64,000 bases of DNA. Source: Octopus vulgaris. Taxonomy: Eukaryota. Every line of letters begins with the position of its first letter. Position 1 is the stretch's first letter. The stretch spans positions 70,060,001 to 70,124,000 of the forward strand of contig OX597832.1 of the NCBI GenBank assembly GCA_951406725.2. Reading direction: 5' to 3'. Shown here piece by piece: positions 13,501-29,344 of the stretch. A program made the position numbers and the translations under genes. The notes under the pieces are model-generated. The model saw nothing but the letters and a program-made list of their open reading frames with translations, ran no database searches and was not told where the DNA came from.

Positions 13501-15424
13501 TCCACTTCCAAAATATCTATTATTCGCAGCTGTGAAGCAGTGCTTTGGAGACACTACAGATATGAAATATCAGAGATAATGAATAACAAAGGACCGCAGC
13601 AACAACTGATTGTTTGTCCATCTGAAGATGTGTAAACCTTATTCCACAATGTGAAATAAGTTGTCCTGAAGGACAAAACGCACAGCACAGTCCAAGAATT
13701 GAACATATATTATAATGATGAAGCGTGTACACTAACCACTACAGAACACGCGCAGTAGTTAGATAACAAATAGATATAAGAATGTGGAAATTGCCTTAAA
13801 ATAAGAAGGTAACCATATAAAGTTATTCAAGGTCCCTGATAGGCAACTCTACATTATCCTAACAAACAATGAACGCAAGTGCTTCACCCAGCTCTTGCGG
13901 TCAACCTACGACCAATTCTATAATCTTAACCCATTTTCTATACAAATTTTTCAACTTAAATTTTCAAAGAATTTATTGAAGCACAACGGCGGTGTCATTA
14001 CATCTATCTATTCAAGCGAACATTGAATATGTTGTTGAGGGCTTGTCCAGGATATGGGAGGGGTGTAGTTATGTCTTTAAACCTTACAAACCCATACATA
14101 ACACAACTCCCTTCGCCAAAGAAAAAAGGAGGAATACTAACCACTCTTCTCTACTATTGTAAGGCTATGGTATTTGATTTGTACGGTTGACTCTCCTCAT
14201 AGTAGCGGAGTCTTGGAACCAAGTAAGAAATAAACTATGTGTTAGAATTAATCCTAAAATACACTAAAAATTATCCTCCGATCACGAAAAACATGTAAGA
14301 CAAATTATCTTTGTTTTTCGTTTAGATTGCAATATTTTAAAATTGTCTTCTAGAAAAAGACGTGAGAGTCATAGATGGAAAGTATCTGATGATATATCTT
14401 ACTCCACTGACTATAACATCGCTGAGAATACAGGTTCAAACTTTTAATATTGGCGATTTTGAAAAGTAAATATTTTTTCTGAATCTATTATTTTCAGGTA
14501 TTTATTTATTTACATATTTTCAATAGTGTTATATTTTCAATTAAAAGACACAATGTATGATGTCAATTAATTAGTAGTCAGATAATTTTCAAAATATAAC
14601 ATATGTGATGCACAGAGACACATACACATAGCGATATACATATGTGTATGTATACACACACACACACAGAATAATAATCTTACGTTACTATTACAAAACA
14701 TATGTCAACATATAATGTCAACATATAATTCTGATGGTGACAAGTGATATGTAATAAAAAGTTTCGTATCGAATTTTGTTCATGTAATTACATATGAATA
14801 TACATACATGCATACATTTATATATGCATGCATACATACATGCATACATACCTTCATACGTAGGCAAAAACACATGAGTCTGTGTGTTCATATATGTGTG
14901 TGTTTTGGTTGTGTTTATGTCAGTCTCTATCTATGAGTGTATGTGCAAAATATGTGTGTGTGCGTGTGTGTGGACGCGAATATTTACATTTACGCCCACA
15001 CACACATACACGCACGTATATTATATTCGTAAAATTAATATATTGAAATATTAATTAATCAAGAACTTTTTTTACTTTCTTATCTTTGTGTCGAGCACCG
15101 TCGTATAAAAAACACAGACATTAACTAACACCTAATTATGTTGTAGAGAGAATCATAATTTGGCATGCGTGATACCATATGATTAATTATTTCCGCTATC
15201 AAATGTTACACACACACACACACATATATATGTATATTTGTATATATATATGTATATCCACATACACACTTTCATATAATGTATATATATATATAAATGC
15301 AAGCATCCATATTTGTAACAGATGTGTGAATATATATACACACAGACACATACACACACACACAGACACATACACACGCACACACACACATACAATTTAT
15401 ACATATAATGGAGTGTTTGGTAAT

Positions 15425-17144
15425 TCTAGAGAGAAAACTCTCCTGTCACATTACGGGTAGATACTTCGGAGGATCATGTTAGATCATCTCGTTAAGAATG
15501 TGTGTCCATATGTGATTCCTAAAGAACAGTGTGGTTTCAGGCCTGAGCGAGGAACATTGGACCTGATATTTTCTGTGAGGCAGATTCAAGTGAAATGCTT
15601 AGATGAACAAATGCCACTATACCAGGTCATCATTAACAAAGGCATTTGACACGGTAAACAGGGAGGCACTGTGGATTGTTTTGTGCAATTTTGGTTGTCC
15701 AACATATTTTGTGAGCATCTTTAAGGCACTACGTAGAAACATGAAAGGTCAAAGAGTCTTTAATGGTGAGCTATCTCACGAATTTTCGGTGGACAACAGT
15801 GTCAAAACGGGAGATATTCTTGCCCCTACACTTTTCTCTGTTTTGCTGCAATGCTTTGGTATGCGTTCTAGGATTACAACAGAGGAATTGGAATTAGATT
15901 TCGGACATCTAGGGGTATTTTTAATCTGACCCAGTTTAACTTTCATAGTACTTGTTAGAGAATTACTTTATGCCGATGATACTGATTTGTTGGTACGCTC
16001 AGATGGGAACGTGCAACATTTAAAGGGGAGATTTTCCGCTACACGTGTACATTTCAGATACATAATTAGTCTTGGGAAAAGCAAAGTATTGTTTACTCCC
16101 GCGCCAGGACAAACATATTCTGAACCAAACATTTTTGTGAATGGAGCAAGGTTAGCAGTCATTGACACCATTGTCTACCTTGGGAACACACTGTCAAGAG
16201 GTGGTGGTCATGATATTATCGAATAGAGAAGGGAAGTGTTGCATCTGGAAAGTTCGAAAAGCGAGTATGGGCGGATAGAGGTATTTCTCAGCGGACAGAA
16301 ATCAGTATCTATAAAGCATGTATATTGACAGCATTTCTTTATTCAAGTGAGACATGGACCCCTTACAAGCGTCATATAAAAATGCTGGAGAGATTTCTTT
16401 AAAAGCGCATCAGATGTATCTTGGGAGTCAAGTGTTATTTTGGCTCAAATGAGATGGACTAGACATGTTAATAGAATGAAAGGTGAGCGATTGCCTAAGC
16501 GTCATTTTTATGGTGGGCTCAACTCTGGTAAGCGACTACAACATAAGCCGAGGAAAGGGTATAAAGACTGTGTGAAAGAAAACCTAAAGAAACTAGATAA
16601 TGAACAAAAGTGATTGGGAAAATCGATGTTCTAGATCAGAACAAGTGGAGAGGTGCTGTTAAGATTGGTTGCAATGCCTGGGAGGAAAAGCTGATTCAGC
16701 ACTCTGAGCTTAAAAGGGCCTCTCGCAAAGGAACAATTGGAATTGTAATCAACAGTGAACATTGGATGTGTATTATATGTGATCGTGTTGTGAAAAGCAG
16801 GATACGTGAATCATATGAAGTCACATGAAAATCGAAATGCCCAGAAAGGTAATGATCTTGGATACCAACCGCCTCTCACGACTTGTGTCATATGCCAAAA
16901 AGATTGTAAGACAATATCTGAACTTAAAAAAACATATGCTAGTTCAAAAACATTCATTCAGAAGGGTAAAGATATAGAAGAAACTTAAATATAGGATGTC
17001 TAGTAAGTAGCTTGTTTACCAGCCACATGGTTCCAGGTTCAGTCCCACTACGTTGTACCTTGGGCAAGTCTCTTTTACTATAGCCTCGGGCCGACTAAAC
17101 ACTTGTGAGTGGATTTGGTAGACGGAAACTAAAAGAAGCCCGTC

Positions 17145-17222
<78 letters not shown>

Positions 17223-17540
17223 TTGTTTGTGTCTTTGTTCATCCCACCAACATCGCTTGAAAACCGATTCTTGTGTGTTTCGTCCCCGTAATTTAGCGCT
17301 TCGGCAAAAGACCGATAGCTAACAAAGAATAAGGCCAGGAGTCGATTTGTTCGACTAAAGGCGGTGCTCCATCATGGCCGCAGTCAAATGAATGGAACAA
17401 GTAAAAGAATAAAAGAATCTGTCATTTGTGTTTTAAACCTTGTCAGCTGGTCTTAAAAGTCATCTAAGGGCTCATCAACAGAGAGATTGTGCTCTGTGAT
17501 GAGGTGTGGTGTGTGTGTTGATGGGACGGCTATCATCTGT
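15425..17540 (+). mobile_element. Degenerate 5'-truncated RTE-clade LINE (RT + C-terminal C2H2 fingers), interrupted by a SINE
   Basis: EQCGFRPERGTLDLIFSVRQ, LTKAFDTVNREALW, GDILAPTLFS, ELLYADD, YLGNTLS, LYSSETW, RLPKRHFYG; fingers CIIC..NHMKSH and CVICQKDC, then CHLC..LKSHLRAH after the SINE. Confidence 0.88.
17001..17418 (+). mobile_element. SINE family A (tRNA-type head, internal (TA)n/(TG)n)
   Basis: gtaagtagcttgtttacc...ggttcagtcccact...gacggaaact...cttagcg...ggccgcagtcaaatga...gtaaaagaat; matches 42490-42885. Confidence 0.85.
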
Positions 17541-17554
17541 CAAGATGAAGCAAT

Positions 17555-17605
<51 letters not shown>

Positions 17606-18574
17606 AAACACATAAGAGATGGCCATAATAGGACATCTGACTCACTAGAAAGAGCAGTTAAACTCCAAACCACTAATAGTTGTAATTCTGAAATAGAAAG
17701 AGAAATAAAAATGTTTACCCTATCTTTTCTGGACTATGCATAGTTTCGGCAATCTTTTGTAATTTACGATTGGCGTTGCCATCTTCAGCAGAAAGCGAAG
17801 GCTAGCATATAGGCACGAGGCGATGAGGACATATATATATATTTACATATATATGTGTATGTGCCTGTATACATACATACATACATACATACATACATAA
17901 TACATACATACATAGATACATACATACATACATACATACATACATACATACATACATACATACATACATACATACATACATACATGCATACATAGATATA
18001 TACATACCTACATACTCATACAATATATGTCATTGTTGCCAAGCTGTATCGGCCTTTGCCTTTCTGAAGAGGGAAGGCTTCAGTGACTGCTGGTCTTTCA
18101 TAAAGAACCTTGTCCTCTTTACCCTAGATGTATGTGTTTGCGCGCGAGTGCGTGTGTATAAAGAATATCTCTTACAATATGTCTGCCACGTTCTCGTCAC
18201 CGAATCGAAAAATCTAACATTTACCAGAAAAACAAATCAGCTCATAGATGTGAGGAGCTTAAAATTCTCCGTTTTGTCATTTAAATCTACCCTTTCGACC
18301 AAGTTGATCTTCTATACCATTTTCGTTCTCTACGATTCTCTTATCTCTGCCTCTTCTTCCACCTCTATCCAAATCGTTTTGAATGCATTTTGCATTCATT
18401 ATTAATGGGAACTGAGCACGCTTCTCTGAATCTTTAACTTAGAAGTTCGTCTGAACGAACCAGGCATACGGCAAAATTTATGAGCAACTCTCCTTATTTC
18501 TAAACAGGCAGGCAGACAGACAGAGTGATAGATAGACAAGCAGACAGAGAGGCAACAAGACAGACAGACAAACA

Positions 18575-18744
<170 letters not shown>

Positions 18745-18856
18745 GTGCGTTTGTGTAAGTGTAAAGCGTGGTGTATTATGACGTAGAAGAATCCTTATTT
18801 CAAACTATTCAAAGCTTGATATAATTAGTGCATGTTCGATATTTACTTACTGATGT

Positions 18857-18953
<97 letters not shown>

Positions 18954-19050
18954 AAGCGGGAGGAGGAGGAGGACTGCATTTTTCTCTCATATTGTAAGCT
19001 AAATCATATGAGTTGTGCAAAATCTTGCAAACTATTCTGAATGCATGTAC

Positions 19051-19101
<51 letters not shown>

Positions 19102-19427
19102 ATGCATACGGCCACACACGCACATGAAAAGATAGGGAGAATCGTCGATAAATAAGCGGGTATATGGTAAAATTAAGGGAGAGATTGAAAGTAAATGTTC
19201 CGTTATAAAGGAAACCACCTGGATGGCTTCCATAACCTGGTAATAGATTGGATTTCTGCCAGTTGCTTAAAACCTTTTGGTGGGATTACAAAGATGGGAG
19301 GAGGTAAAGTCATCCAAGAAGAGACTATGGAAGTCACTAACATGATACACGAATCTCTGTGTATGTATGTATGTATGTATGTATGTATGTATGCATGTAT
19401 GTATGTATGTATGTATGTATGTATGTA

Positions 19428-19476
<49 letters not shown>

Positions 19477-22457
19477 ATGTATGTATGTATGTATGTATGT
19501 ATCCACACACATTGTATAAAATTTATAAATAGTAACGGTTTGCAACAATGACGTCCGTGTGTTAATGAAAAGAATGGGGAGACATAGCTTTTTGTTGCTT
19601 TTAATACATGTAAGAGTAATCATGAATTGGCAAAAATCCGTTTATTTGCTAGAGAAAGTGGGATGCGTTGTCTTACGTTTTCTTGAATGCAATCGTAAAG
19701 CTACAAGAACAAATTTCGGAAGCGAAGTAAAATAAATGTGCACCGTACCGAAGACTAACGCTTCTGATCAATCACTGTTGTGGGTTACTTTGACTGACTT
19801 TCAGGGCAAAGCCTGTTGATATGTAACAAGACACAGATTTATAAATGGAAGTAGAAGGAAGAGTTTTTGTTTATACTTTGTTTTATTGTAGTCAATTTGA
19901 AAAGTTATAATCAGTGAATATGATCCTTGTGTATTACTGGTACCTATTTTATTGGTCCTCACTGAAAGGAAAACCTAAAACATGGAACCATTTATTCCAC
20001 CAATCACGTTCAAATCAACCAGAACAGATAAGGTATGAATAGATAGTTGGTTGTTTGGATTTTCGCTATTCTGCCAGACATCTGATTCCTATAAACAGTA
20101 GTTCGTATTCTTGCGAGACTCATCTATTCGGCTGTGGAGTAGTTTCGACTAAGGAGACACAACGAGATCGAAACTCTCTAGTCCACTTCCATCAGGGAAG
20201 TGGGATATCATGTATATTATGAACGACTATCAATTAAAGGGAGGAGGCGTTCTCTGGTGACAACAAACAACAGCGTTGGAATCTGCTAGAATGTAGAGAA
20301 ATTCATTTTTATATCTAATTTACAGTTTATATTAAGCTTAGTTCGTTTTGTTTATTGCAAATGCTGGTTTTAGATAAATTTTAGATGGTGGGTTAGATGA
20401 TGCATAATTCAAAACCTTTTTCCCGTATTTATTTACGTGTCTACAATTTTTGAGTTCGATTTCTGCGTGGTTGCATTCTTTTACGATGTGACATAAATTT
20501 GGAATATGAAAAGAAGTGACGCCGTGTCTGCATAATGTAGTGTCTAGAATCCAAGGCTACAGCATGCACTGACTACTGATCAGCTACCGTGGACCAAGGG
20601 TCTAGGGTCACAATGCTACAGCATGCATGTTCTGGTTTGCTGTCGATAAATGAATACAATAGACAGCAGTGTACTGCTTTGTGCATAACCGTATTTCTCC
20701 ATGAATATACTCGCTAATTCTTTACGCAAATAAAGATTTGCATCCTTTCTACTTGAGCCATTTCTACGCCGATTGTTTGATTGGATTTGTATAGGATGAA
20801 ATATTTGTTCGTTTAATACGAAGTCCTGAAATATGAAGCAATGTGTCCGAAGTATGAAATAAACTGAATATGGCGTCTACATTCGCTTTCCAATGAATTA
20901 CATGCTTAGATGTGTCCGGTTCCATGGATTGGGAATTTGTTGCCTTTGAAAGACCGCCATTTATATTATTGTGGATTTTATATCTTATGCATTGAGATGT
21001 ATTTTAATGTTCATTTTGAGAAGCGCATGTGCGTGTTTAGGTAGGTACTTTTAAGCATTTCACATTCGTACGACGCATAACATTTCCATGTTTGTATAGC
21101 TTATGGATGGGATAGCTTCATAGATTCGTGTCTATTTACCTATCGATGCAATACAAACACAAAGATAAACACACACATGTGCACACACACATGTGCACAC
21201 ACACATATATATGAGTGGTGTGTCCGTATATATCTGAGTGTATCTGTATAAGTATTATATAATTATGCGCTGTTTCTAAAAGTACTTCAACCTTGTTTTT
21301 AGGAGAACATGCTTACATCATAAATTTATTTCCCGTCACGCGCTTTCGTAGGAAATTGACAGCTTTCATCCCAGTGTTTTCATCAGAAATGTATTTATTG
21401 TTTGATAACAATAAATACTTATATCAACAAACGTAGAAATGCTTCTAACAAAGTGATATTCGTGTCTGTTTTATTATGGTTTCTATATCGAATGAGAGGA
21501 AAGTAATATATATTTACTGGGATTTAAACTCAGCTCTTGATATCATGTAACTTAATACCTTAAAGGCTTTAGTCTAAGAGGCCGCAAGTTCTTTCTCGTC
21601 CGCTGTTTTCGTAACAGCCAATGTTTCCATATAAAGACACAAAGTGGGGGAAACGACGTATGTCTGGTTATTCACTTGAATGGTATACATTTTATCGGAT
21701 CCGAGTAACATGGAGAGAAAACTTGTCAACTGCAGAGAACTGAAGCCAGAAAGTATAAGCGTGGGATAATTTGGGCCAAATTGGGGATGATCATGTGAAG
21801 TGTGTTGTGTAAATAACAGGCTATTATTTTTAACAACGTAACTAGCCTTCTGGAAGCACGCAAAATTGTTTCGACATTGGTTGATACTGCCGAAATATAG
21901 CAGTAAAATGACATGTGAAATAATGAAATAAAACAGTCTTTAGTAAAATGATACCGTGGACCAAGGTAATGTAAACTAATATAAGATACATAATTCCACA
22001 CACATGAAATACATCCGATATATTTTCAACTTGTCCTCCATTAGGAGTTTTTTAAAGACCAGCTCCAATCCAATCAAATAAGCATTGCTAAATAAATTTG
22101 AACATTATTGCAGTTTTCTCTGTTTGAGTTATTCTTTTCAGATAATTTGAAACTATTTCCCCCTCTTTGTTTCGACAAACTGTGTGGTTAATCTTAGTTG
22201 ATTGCTAGTTTCTCATCCAACTCAATATATTGACATATGTGGGACATTACCATAGCCATAATTAGTATAAACTCCTCTTCCTTTCTCACTTCCTCATCAT
22301 ACTTGCTTCTTTCTGTGTATCTCTATCTTTCTCTCCTCTCGCTATACCCACTACATGATACTCACCATTTTCTTCTACGTATATCCCACCATCTATTTGT
22401 GGATATCTCCATCTTACTTATTAAGACTCTTCGACTCTTTCTGTCTTTTTTCACTCC

Positions 22458-22550
<93 letters not shown>

Positions 22551-23209
22551 TTTATATATACATATGTGTGTGTGTGTGTGTGTAAATATATATAAATGTG
22601 CGCATTCATATGTCTCCACACATGCGCGCACGCACTCACAACACCGGAAGCGATGGGTGAGCTGTATTGATATTCCTTTGATAAACAACAAAAACGAAAT
22701 AAATGATAATTGCCTTTCTGAGATTTGAATAAATCTTCGTTTTATGCCGAGAACTAAGTGATTTTATAGATACTCTTTTCCGTAGAGTAGTTTTAAAGTA
22801 TTTGCAATTACTAACAGTAACAATAAAACCAAAGCACTTTGAACAAATTTTATTAGCTTAAACTGATGCGCAGTTTTTCAGGTAAGTGACAATGGCATGT
22901 AGTTCAGATAACATTTCTGATTACTAAACAGTAGCGCAGGGGATTAGGGTGAGGATGGGGTGTCCTCTGTATACTCACACTAACAAATAAGCTAATGGCT
23001 CTATATGGAGGAGAGCCAGTGATTACATTGTCTTAGAAGCTATGCTTGATGAAACGAAAATTACGAGCAATTAATCTCTAATAAATACGACATTCAAGTT
23101 AAGGAGATAAAAATAGATCGACAGATACAGATAGAAACGTAGAGAGATATAGAGACTGATTAGTAGATATTATGTACAGAGGTAGATAGTTAAAATAGAG
23201 AGAGTACTG

Positions 23210-23302
<93 letters not shown>

Positions 23303-24528
23303 ATATATATATACAAACACGAAGCATGGATTTCATGATGAAAATAGAAGACCTTTGATATCAATTACCTTGTGCTTCTTTTTCTTACTATATGTGTGTG
23401 TGTGTGTGTGTGCGTGCGTGCATGTGTGTGTGTGTGCACGCATTCGTGCGTGTTATTTATTGAGCCGCGAAATTTTCAAAAATTTGTGACACCGTGTTTC
23501 TCGTTGCCAAAACATTGATAGTAAAACAGGAGTAATGGTGTGGAAATGTTCCCGCTTCCAATAAAATATATCAGACTACTTCAAGTACGGAGTACCCTTC
23601 CCTCCACCTTCTTGCTCATACGTACGCACCAATATATGTACAAGCATAAGCACCCATCTATAGACGCATACACGCATTCACATAAATGCACACACAAACA
23701 GGATTATTTCTACTGGGTTTATGGATTGGACATCGACCATTCTTACACATCTTCCTGCTTATACATCTTTATATTTATGTTACCTTCCTATCTTTATATG
23801 CACATGTCTATATTTGTGTACAGAGAGTGAGATATACAGACAGAATAGTTATAGATTTTAGTATAATTTATATACACATACATGTATGTGTGTGTCTCTC
23901 TCTTTCCTTCTTTCGCTCTCTCTCTCTCCCTATCTGTCTTTCTTTATTACGCCCCTGTCATTATCCCGTGAGCTGTGAGAAATTAACGCGGTATCAGTCA
24001 TTCTTTTTGCGTTGCCTTCGGTTGTATTGGACAGAATTTTCTCAGCTCCCGTGTATAGTCCTTTAGTATTGTTTTCAATTTCCCTTCGCGTTACCCATTT
24101 TTGTCCTGTCCTGCAGCCCTAAGGCTTTACGTTGCATATATATTATTATTATTAATTGTTGTCTTCGTGTGGGACCTAAGCCTTTTTTTCTGTTTATTGT
24201 TTTGTCCACTGTCCGTCAACAAACGTCTCGTGCGTTTGACCCTCTGGCCAATAAACGATGAAGAATTGGTGACATTCTGTGTTTTCTGTCCGTCTGTGTA
24301 TTTAGTATATGTTTATGTTCGTTTGTTTTACTACACGTTTTGTTAATTATATATATTAATATCGTGTGCATCAGAGATTGATTGCTCGTAATTTTCGTTT
24401 TATATTTTTTTCTAATTTACATATATATATATATATTATATTTTGTGAAATTTGATTTAGTATTTCTAAATTGAATTTTCCCCTGTAAGTTTGGAATACT
24501 ATTCCCTAATATTATTCTTATAAGTAGG

Positions 24529-24578
<50 letters not shown>

Positions 24579-25505
24579 TTGTATGTTTGTGTTATGTTTG
24601 TCACCCCACCCGTCGCTTGATAACCGATGTTGGTGGGTTTACGTCCCCGTAACTTAAGTAGACAATATTAACTTAGGTAGACAATATATCTCATTTCCAG
24701 TTACTGATATCGATGGCTATTTTAAAAGCTGAACTTTTTGTGTTCAAAGCTTGCATTTTATAATGCAGTGACTTGATACCCGTATTTTCGAATGAACTAA
24801 AACAGTATTGAGTATATTTTCGTATCACATTGATATGTGTACAAATGCTGGTGGTAACGCATTTGAAAGTGTTCTAAGTGTGTCTTGAGTAATTCTCCTC
24901 ATTTTCATACAGGGATTTTATATACCCTTTTATATACTGTTGAAATATGTACCCGGAGATATTTTGATATTTATAAGCTGTTGGGCTGGGGGATATGCAA
25001 GTGTGTGCTTCGCCTTTATGGTATTATCTGGAAGTTTTTACTGTCCAGGAATAAGTAAGTAACCTTCTGGTGTTGAGGTGATCTTGTGGTTTTGAGATGT
25101 GCACAACATTTCTGCTGTCATATTAAAACTCGGAACCTTCCTGAAAATTTTGGTAGCACTAAAATGAATCGTTGGGTAAACTAGATTACTTCCTCCCTAC
25201 TGATGCTGATTGCCATAGAGAAGAAGGAGCAGGAAGGAGAGATATTCAGAGATGTCTCTCACATGCGGCAAACCTGATAATGTAAACATTCTTCAAAGAT
25301 TGATCATAAACTTTCCTAAAAACGGCGGCTGGAAGATTTTTTACTTTGAATATGGAATTTGGTGGAAATTCTGTGGGTGCAAATACTGCAATCGCTTGAA
25401 TTTCTATTGTAGCAGTAGCGATTCTTTTTGTTTAAACATATTTGGCTTTCATATCCCTCTGTCTATATTCATGTAAAGACATAAATACATACATACATAC
25501 ATACA

Positions 25506-25604
<99 letters not shown>

Positions 25605-25614
25605 TTTATATGTG

Positions 25615-26129
25615 CGCTAAAGGTCAGCTTAAGAAATTCACATGAAGAACATGAAGAACAGATTTAGATATGCAAACAGATAGAAGACCAATCCCATTGT
25701 GGATATCTCCATCTTACTTATTAAGACTCTTCGACTCTTTCTGTCTTTTTTCTCTCCCCTCTCTCTCTCTCTGCCACCTACTACCATTCATAGCAGTCCG
25801 ACAAACGCGCCCTGGTGGTACACAGCATAGGTCTATCAGCTGCTACTAAATTCAAACCACGACGATTTTAAATTAACAGAGTCAACATTCGTATATCGCC
25901 GGAGGAAACACTAGATCTCATTATGCAAACAAACCACTGCATAATCAAAAGCCTGTATTCTTGGAGAACAACGCTGCGTTGAAAAAATTGCATCGAATAA
26001 TAAATAACTATCCAAGCGTACACCGTCTTGACTCCGATTTTTCAATTTTATATATATATGTGTGTATATATGTATACATATCAATATATATATATATCGA
26101 TCGGTCGATCTATTTATCTATTCATCTCT

Positions 26130-26218
<89 letters not shown>

Positions 26219-26403
26219 TATGTGACCTCGTGAAGACTACCTGCAATTTTTTTCCTCTGTCCTCCCGTCTCGGGATCTTTCTTTCTCCTATGTTTCCGAC
26301 GAAGAGCTCCGCTCGAAACGTCATTTTCCTGAGCGCCTAATAGTAATAATACTGTAATTGTTCCACGTGTTGTTGTTTTTTTTCTGTTTTCCCGTTTGGA
26401 TTA

Positions 26404-26451
<48 letters not shown>

Positions 26452-27960
26452 TATATATATATGTATGTATGTATGTACGTATTATGTATGTATATGTGTA
26501 TGTGTATGTATGTCTCTTGGTGAATGTTTGCGTAAGTATGTGTATAAATATGCACGCATATTCTTAAAGAAGGGAAAAGAAAACGAATGTGAATGAGAAA
26601 GAAGTTAAAATGACTGAGTGAAAATTTAAAAGACAGACATGGTGAATTGATACGAACATACATAAATTTTCTTCCAAGATGGCCCTACAAAGCAAAGAAT
26701 TCCAAGATTTCAAGTCTTCCGACTTGTTCCCCTAATTATTTTGGATTAGTAACATCATTAAGTTTGATGTTACGTGTGAATATCTCTACATTTATGAACG
26801 CTGGAAAGACAAGGCATAAGCAAAGAGAGGTGTTCCAGGTTTCTAGTAATCCTGAGATCAGAGGAAAAGAAGTGTTTAATGGGATATTTTAGAGATGAGA
26901 AGTAAGAGTCAAAAACTGAAAAGACAGGGGTCATGGAACACAGTATGATGTATTATAAAATTGTTTTATAATTTATGTAGACATGACTGCGTATGGAATC
27001 TGTAAAGAAATCAGTTACATACATATATACGCCCAGGTGTGTGTGTGTGTGTGTTACTTCAACCTCGGCTTGACAGTCTGTGCTATTTTGTTAAATCACC
27101 GTAACCTAGCGGCTCGTCTTTGAGGAAATAAATAGAAGACATGCGCATAAGTACTGCTGTCTATTCATTCGGCTACGCCTTTCAGGATGTTGCCCCACAT
27201 GGACATAGGGATACAGATACCTATAGAATAGCTTCTAATACAATGTTGCTTGTGTCCTATTTTTGTTTGGTTAAACACACATTTCAAAGCATTTCCAATG
27301 ATAAGACACAAAGGTGAATCTTTGCCTGTCATTTGGAAGTATATATATACCGATTATATTTCTATATATGATACATTTCATCGCAGAAGTGCATTTTTTG
27401 AGTAAAGGTCATTCTAATATATGAGACGGTACATATATCTATGTTCCGCTAAAGGTCAGCTTAAGAAATTCACATGAAGAACATGAAGAACAGATTTAGA
27501 TATGCAAACAGATAGAAGACCAATCCCATTGTGGATATCTCCATCTTACTTATTAAGACTCTTCGACTCTTTCTGTCTTTTTTCTCTCCCTCTCTCTCTC
27601 TCTGCCACCTACTACCATTCATAGCAGTCCGACAAACGCGCCCTGGTGGTACACAGCATAGGTCTATCAGCTGCTACTAAATTCAAACCACGACGATTTT
27701 AAATTAACAGAGTCAACATTCGTATATCGCCGGAGGAAACACTAGATCTCATTATGCAAACAAACCACTGCATAATCAAAAGCCTGTATTCTTGGAGAAC
27801 AACGCTGCGTTGAAAAAATTGCATCGAATAATAAATAACTATCCAAGCGTACACCGTCTTGACTCCGATTTTTCAATTTTATATATATATGTGTGTATAT
27901 ATGTATACATATCAATATATATATATATCGATCGGTCGATCTATTTATCTATTCATCTCT

Positions 27961-28047
<87 letters not shown>

Positions 28048-28232
28048 TATGTGACCTCGTGAAGACTACCTGCAATTTTTTTCCTCTGTCCTCCCGTCTC
28101 GGGATCTTTCTTTCTCCTATGTTTCCGACGAAGAGCTCCGCTCGAAACGTCATTTTCCTGAGCGCCTAATAGTAATAATACTGTAATTGTTCCACGTGTT
28201 GTTGTTTTTTTTCTGTTTTCCCGTTTGGATTA

Positions 28233-28278
<46 letters not shown>

Positions 28279-29340
28279 TATATATATATGTATGTATGTA
28301 TGTACGTATTATGTATGTATATGTGTATGTGTATGTATGTCTCTTGGTGAATGTTTGCGTAAGTATGTGTATAAATATGCACGCATATTCTTAAAGAAGG
28401 GAAAAGAAAACGAATGTGAATGAGAAAGAAGTTAAAATGACTGAGTGAAAATTTAAAAGACAGACATGGTGAATTGATACGAACATACATAAATTTTCTT
28501 CCAAGATGGCCCTACAAAGCAAAGAATTCCAAGATTTCAAGTCTTCCGACTTGTTCCCCTAATTATTTTGGATTAGTAACATCATTAAGTTTGATGTTAC
28601 GTGTGAATATCTCTACATTTATGAACGCTGGAAAGACAAGGCATAAGCAAAGAGAGGTGTTCCAGGTTTCTAGTAATCCTGAGATCAGAGGAAAAGAAGT
28701 GTTTAATGGGATATTTTAGAGATGAGAAGTAAGAGTCAAAAACTGAAAAGACAGGGGTCATGGAACACAGTATGATGTATTATAAAATTGTTTTATAATT
28801 TATGTAGACATGACTGCGTATGGAATCTGTAAAGAAATCAGTTACATACATATATACGCCCAGGTGTGTGTGTGTGTGTGTTACTTCAACCTCGGCTTGA
28901 CAGTCTGTGCTATTTTGTTAAATCACCGTAACCTAGCGGCTCGTCTTTGAGGAAATAAATAGAAGACATGCGCATAAGTACTGCTGTCTATTCATTCGGC
29001 TACGCCTTTCAGGATGTTGCCCCAGCATGGATGACACAAACATAGGGAAAAGATAAAGATTACCTATAGAATAGCTTCTAATGACCAATGTTGCTTGTGT
29101 CCTATTTTTGTTTGGTTAAACACACATTTCAAAGCATTTCCAATGATAAGACACAAAGGTGAATCTTTGCCTGTCATTTGGAAGTTATACTGCCAAGTAA
29201 TTTTTGGTCGCTGCACCGATTAAGTGGCAATTTCTAGTCAGTATGAATACATTTCATCGCAGAAGTGCAGCAAGAAATTTTTTGAGTAAAGGTCATTCTA
29301 ATAATTAAAGAAAGTGAGACGGTACAAGCAATCTCTTCTG
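25615..29340 (+). repeat. Tandem duplication of a ~1.83-kb unit (25615-27446 / 27447-29340)
   Basis: Both copies start cgctaaaggtcagcttaagaaattcacatg; matching ORFs at 25961/27792 and 26647/28474; copy 1 is deletion-riddled over its last ~250 bp. Confidence 0.95.
26215..26408 (+). mobile_element. Short PLE-terminal-repeat-like unit in (TA)n with a degenerate minimal hammerhead (copy at 28044-28237)
   Basis: cCGACGA-a-gagc-tcc-gctc-GAAA-cg-TC at 26296-26322; core U replaced by C and no stem I partner. Confidence 0.5.
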
Positions 29341-29344
29341 CCAT

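Noticed and set aside
23950-24520. Possible LTR- or pLTR-like repeat between TA tracts
   Set aside because: No second copy, terminal signature or complete ribozyme core in the window.
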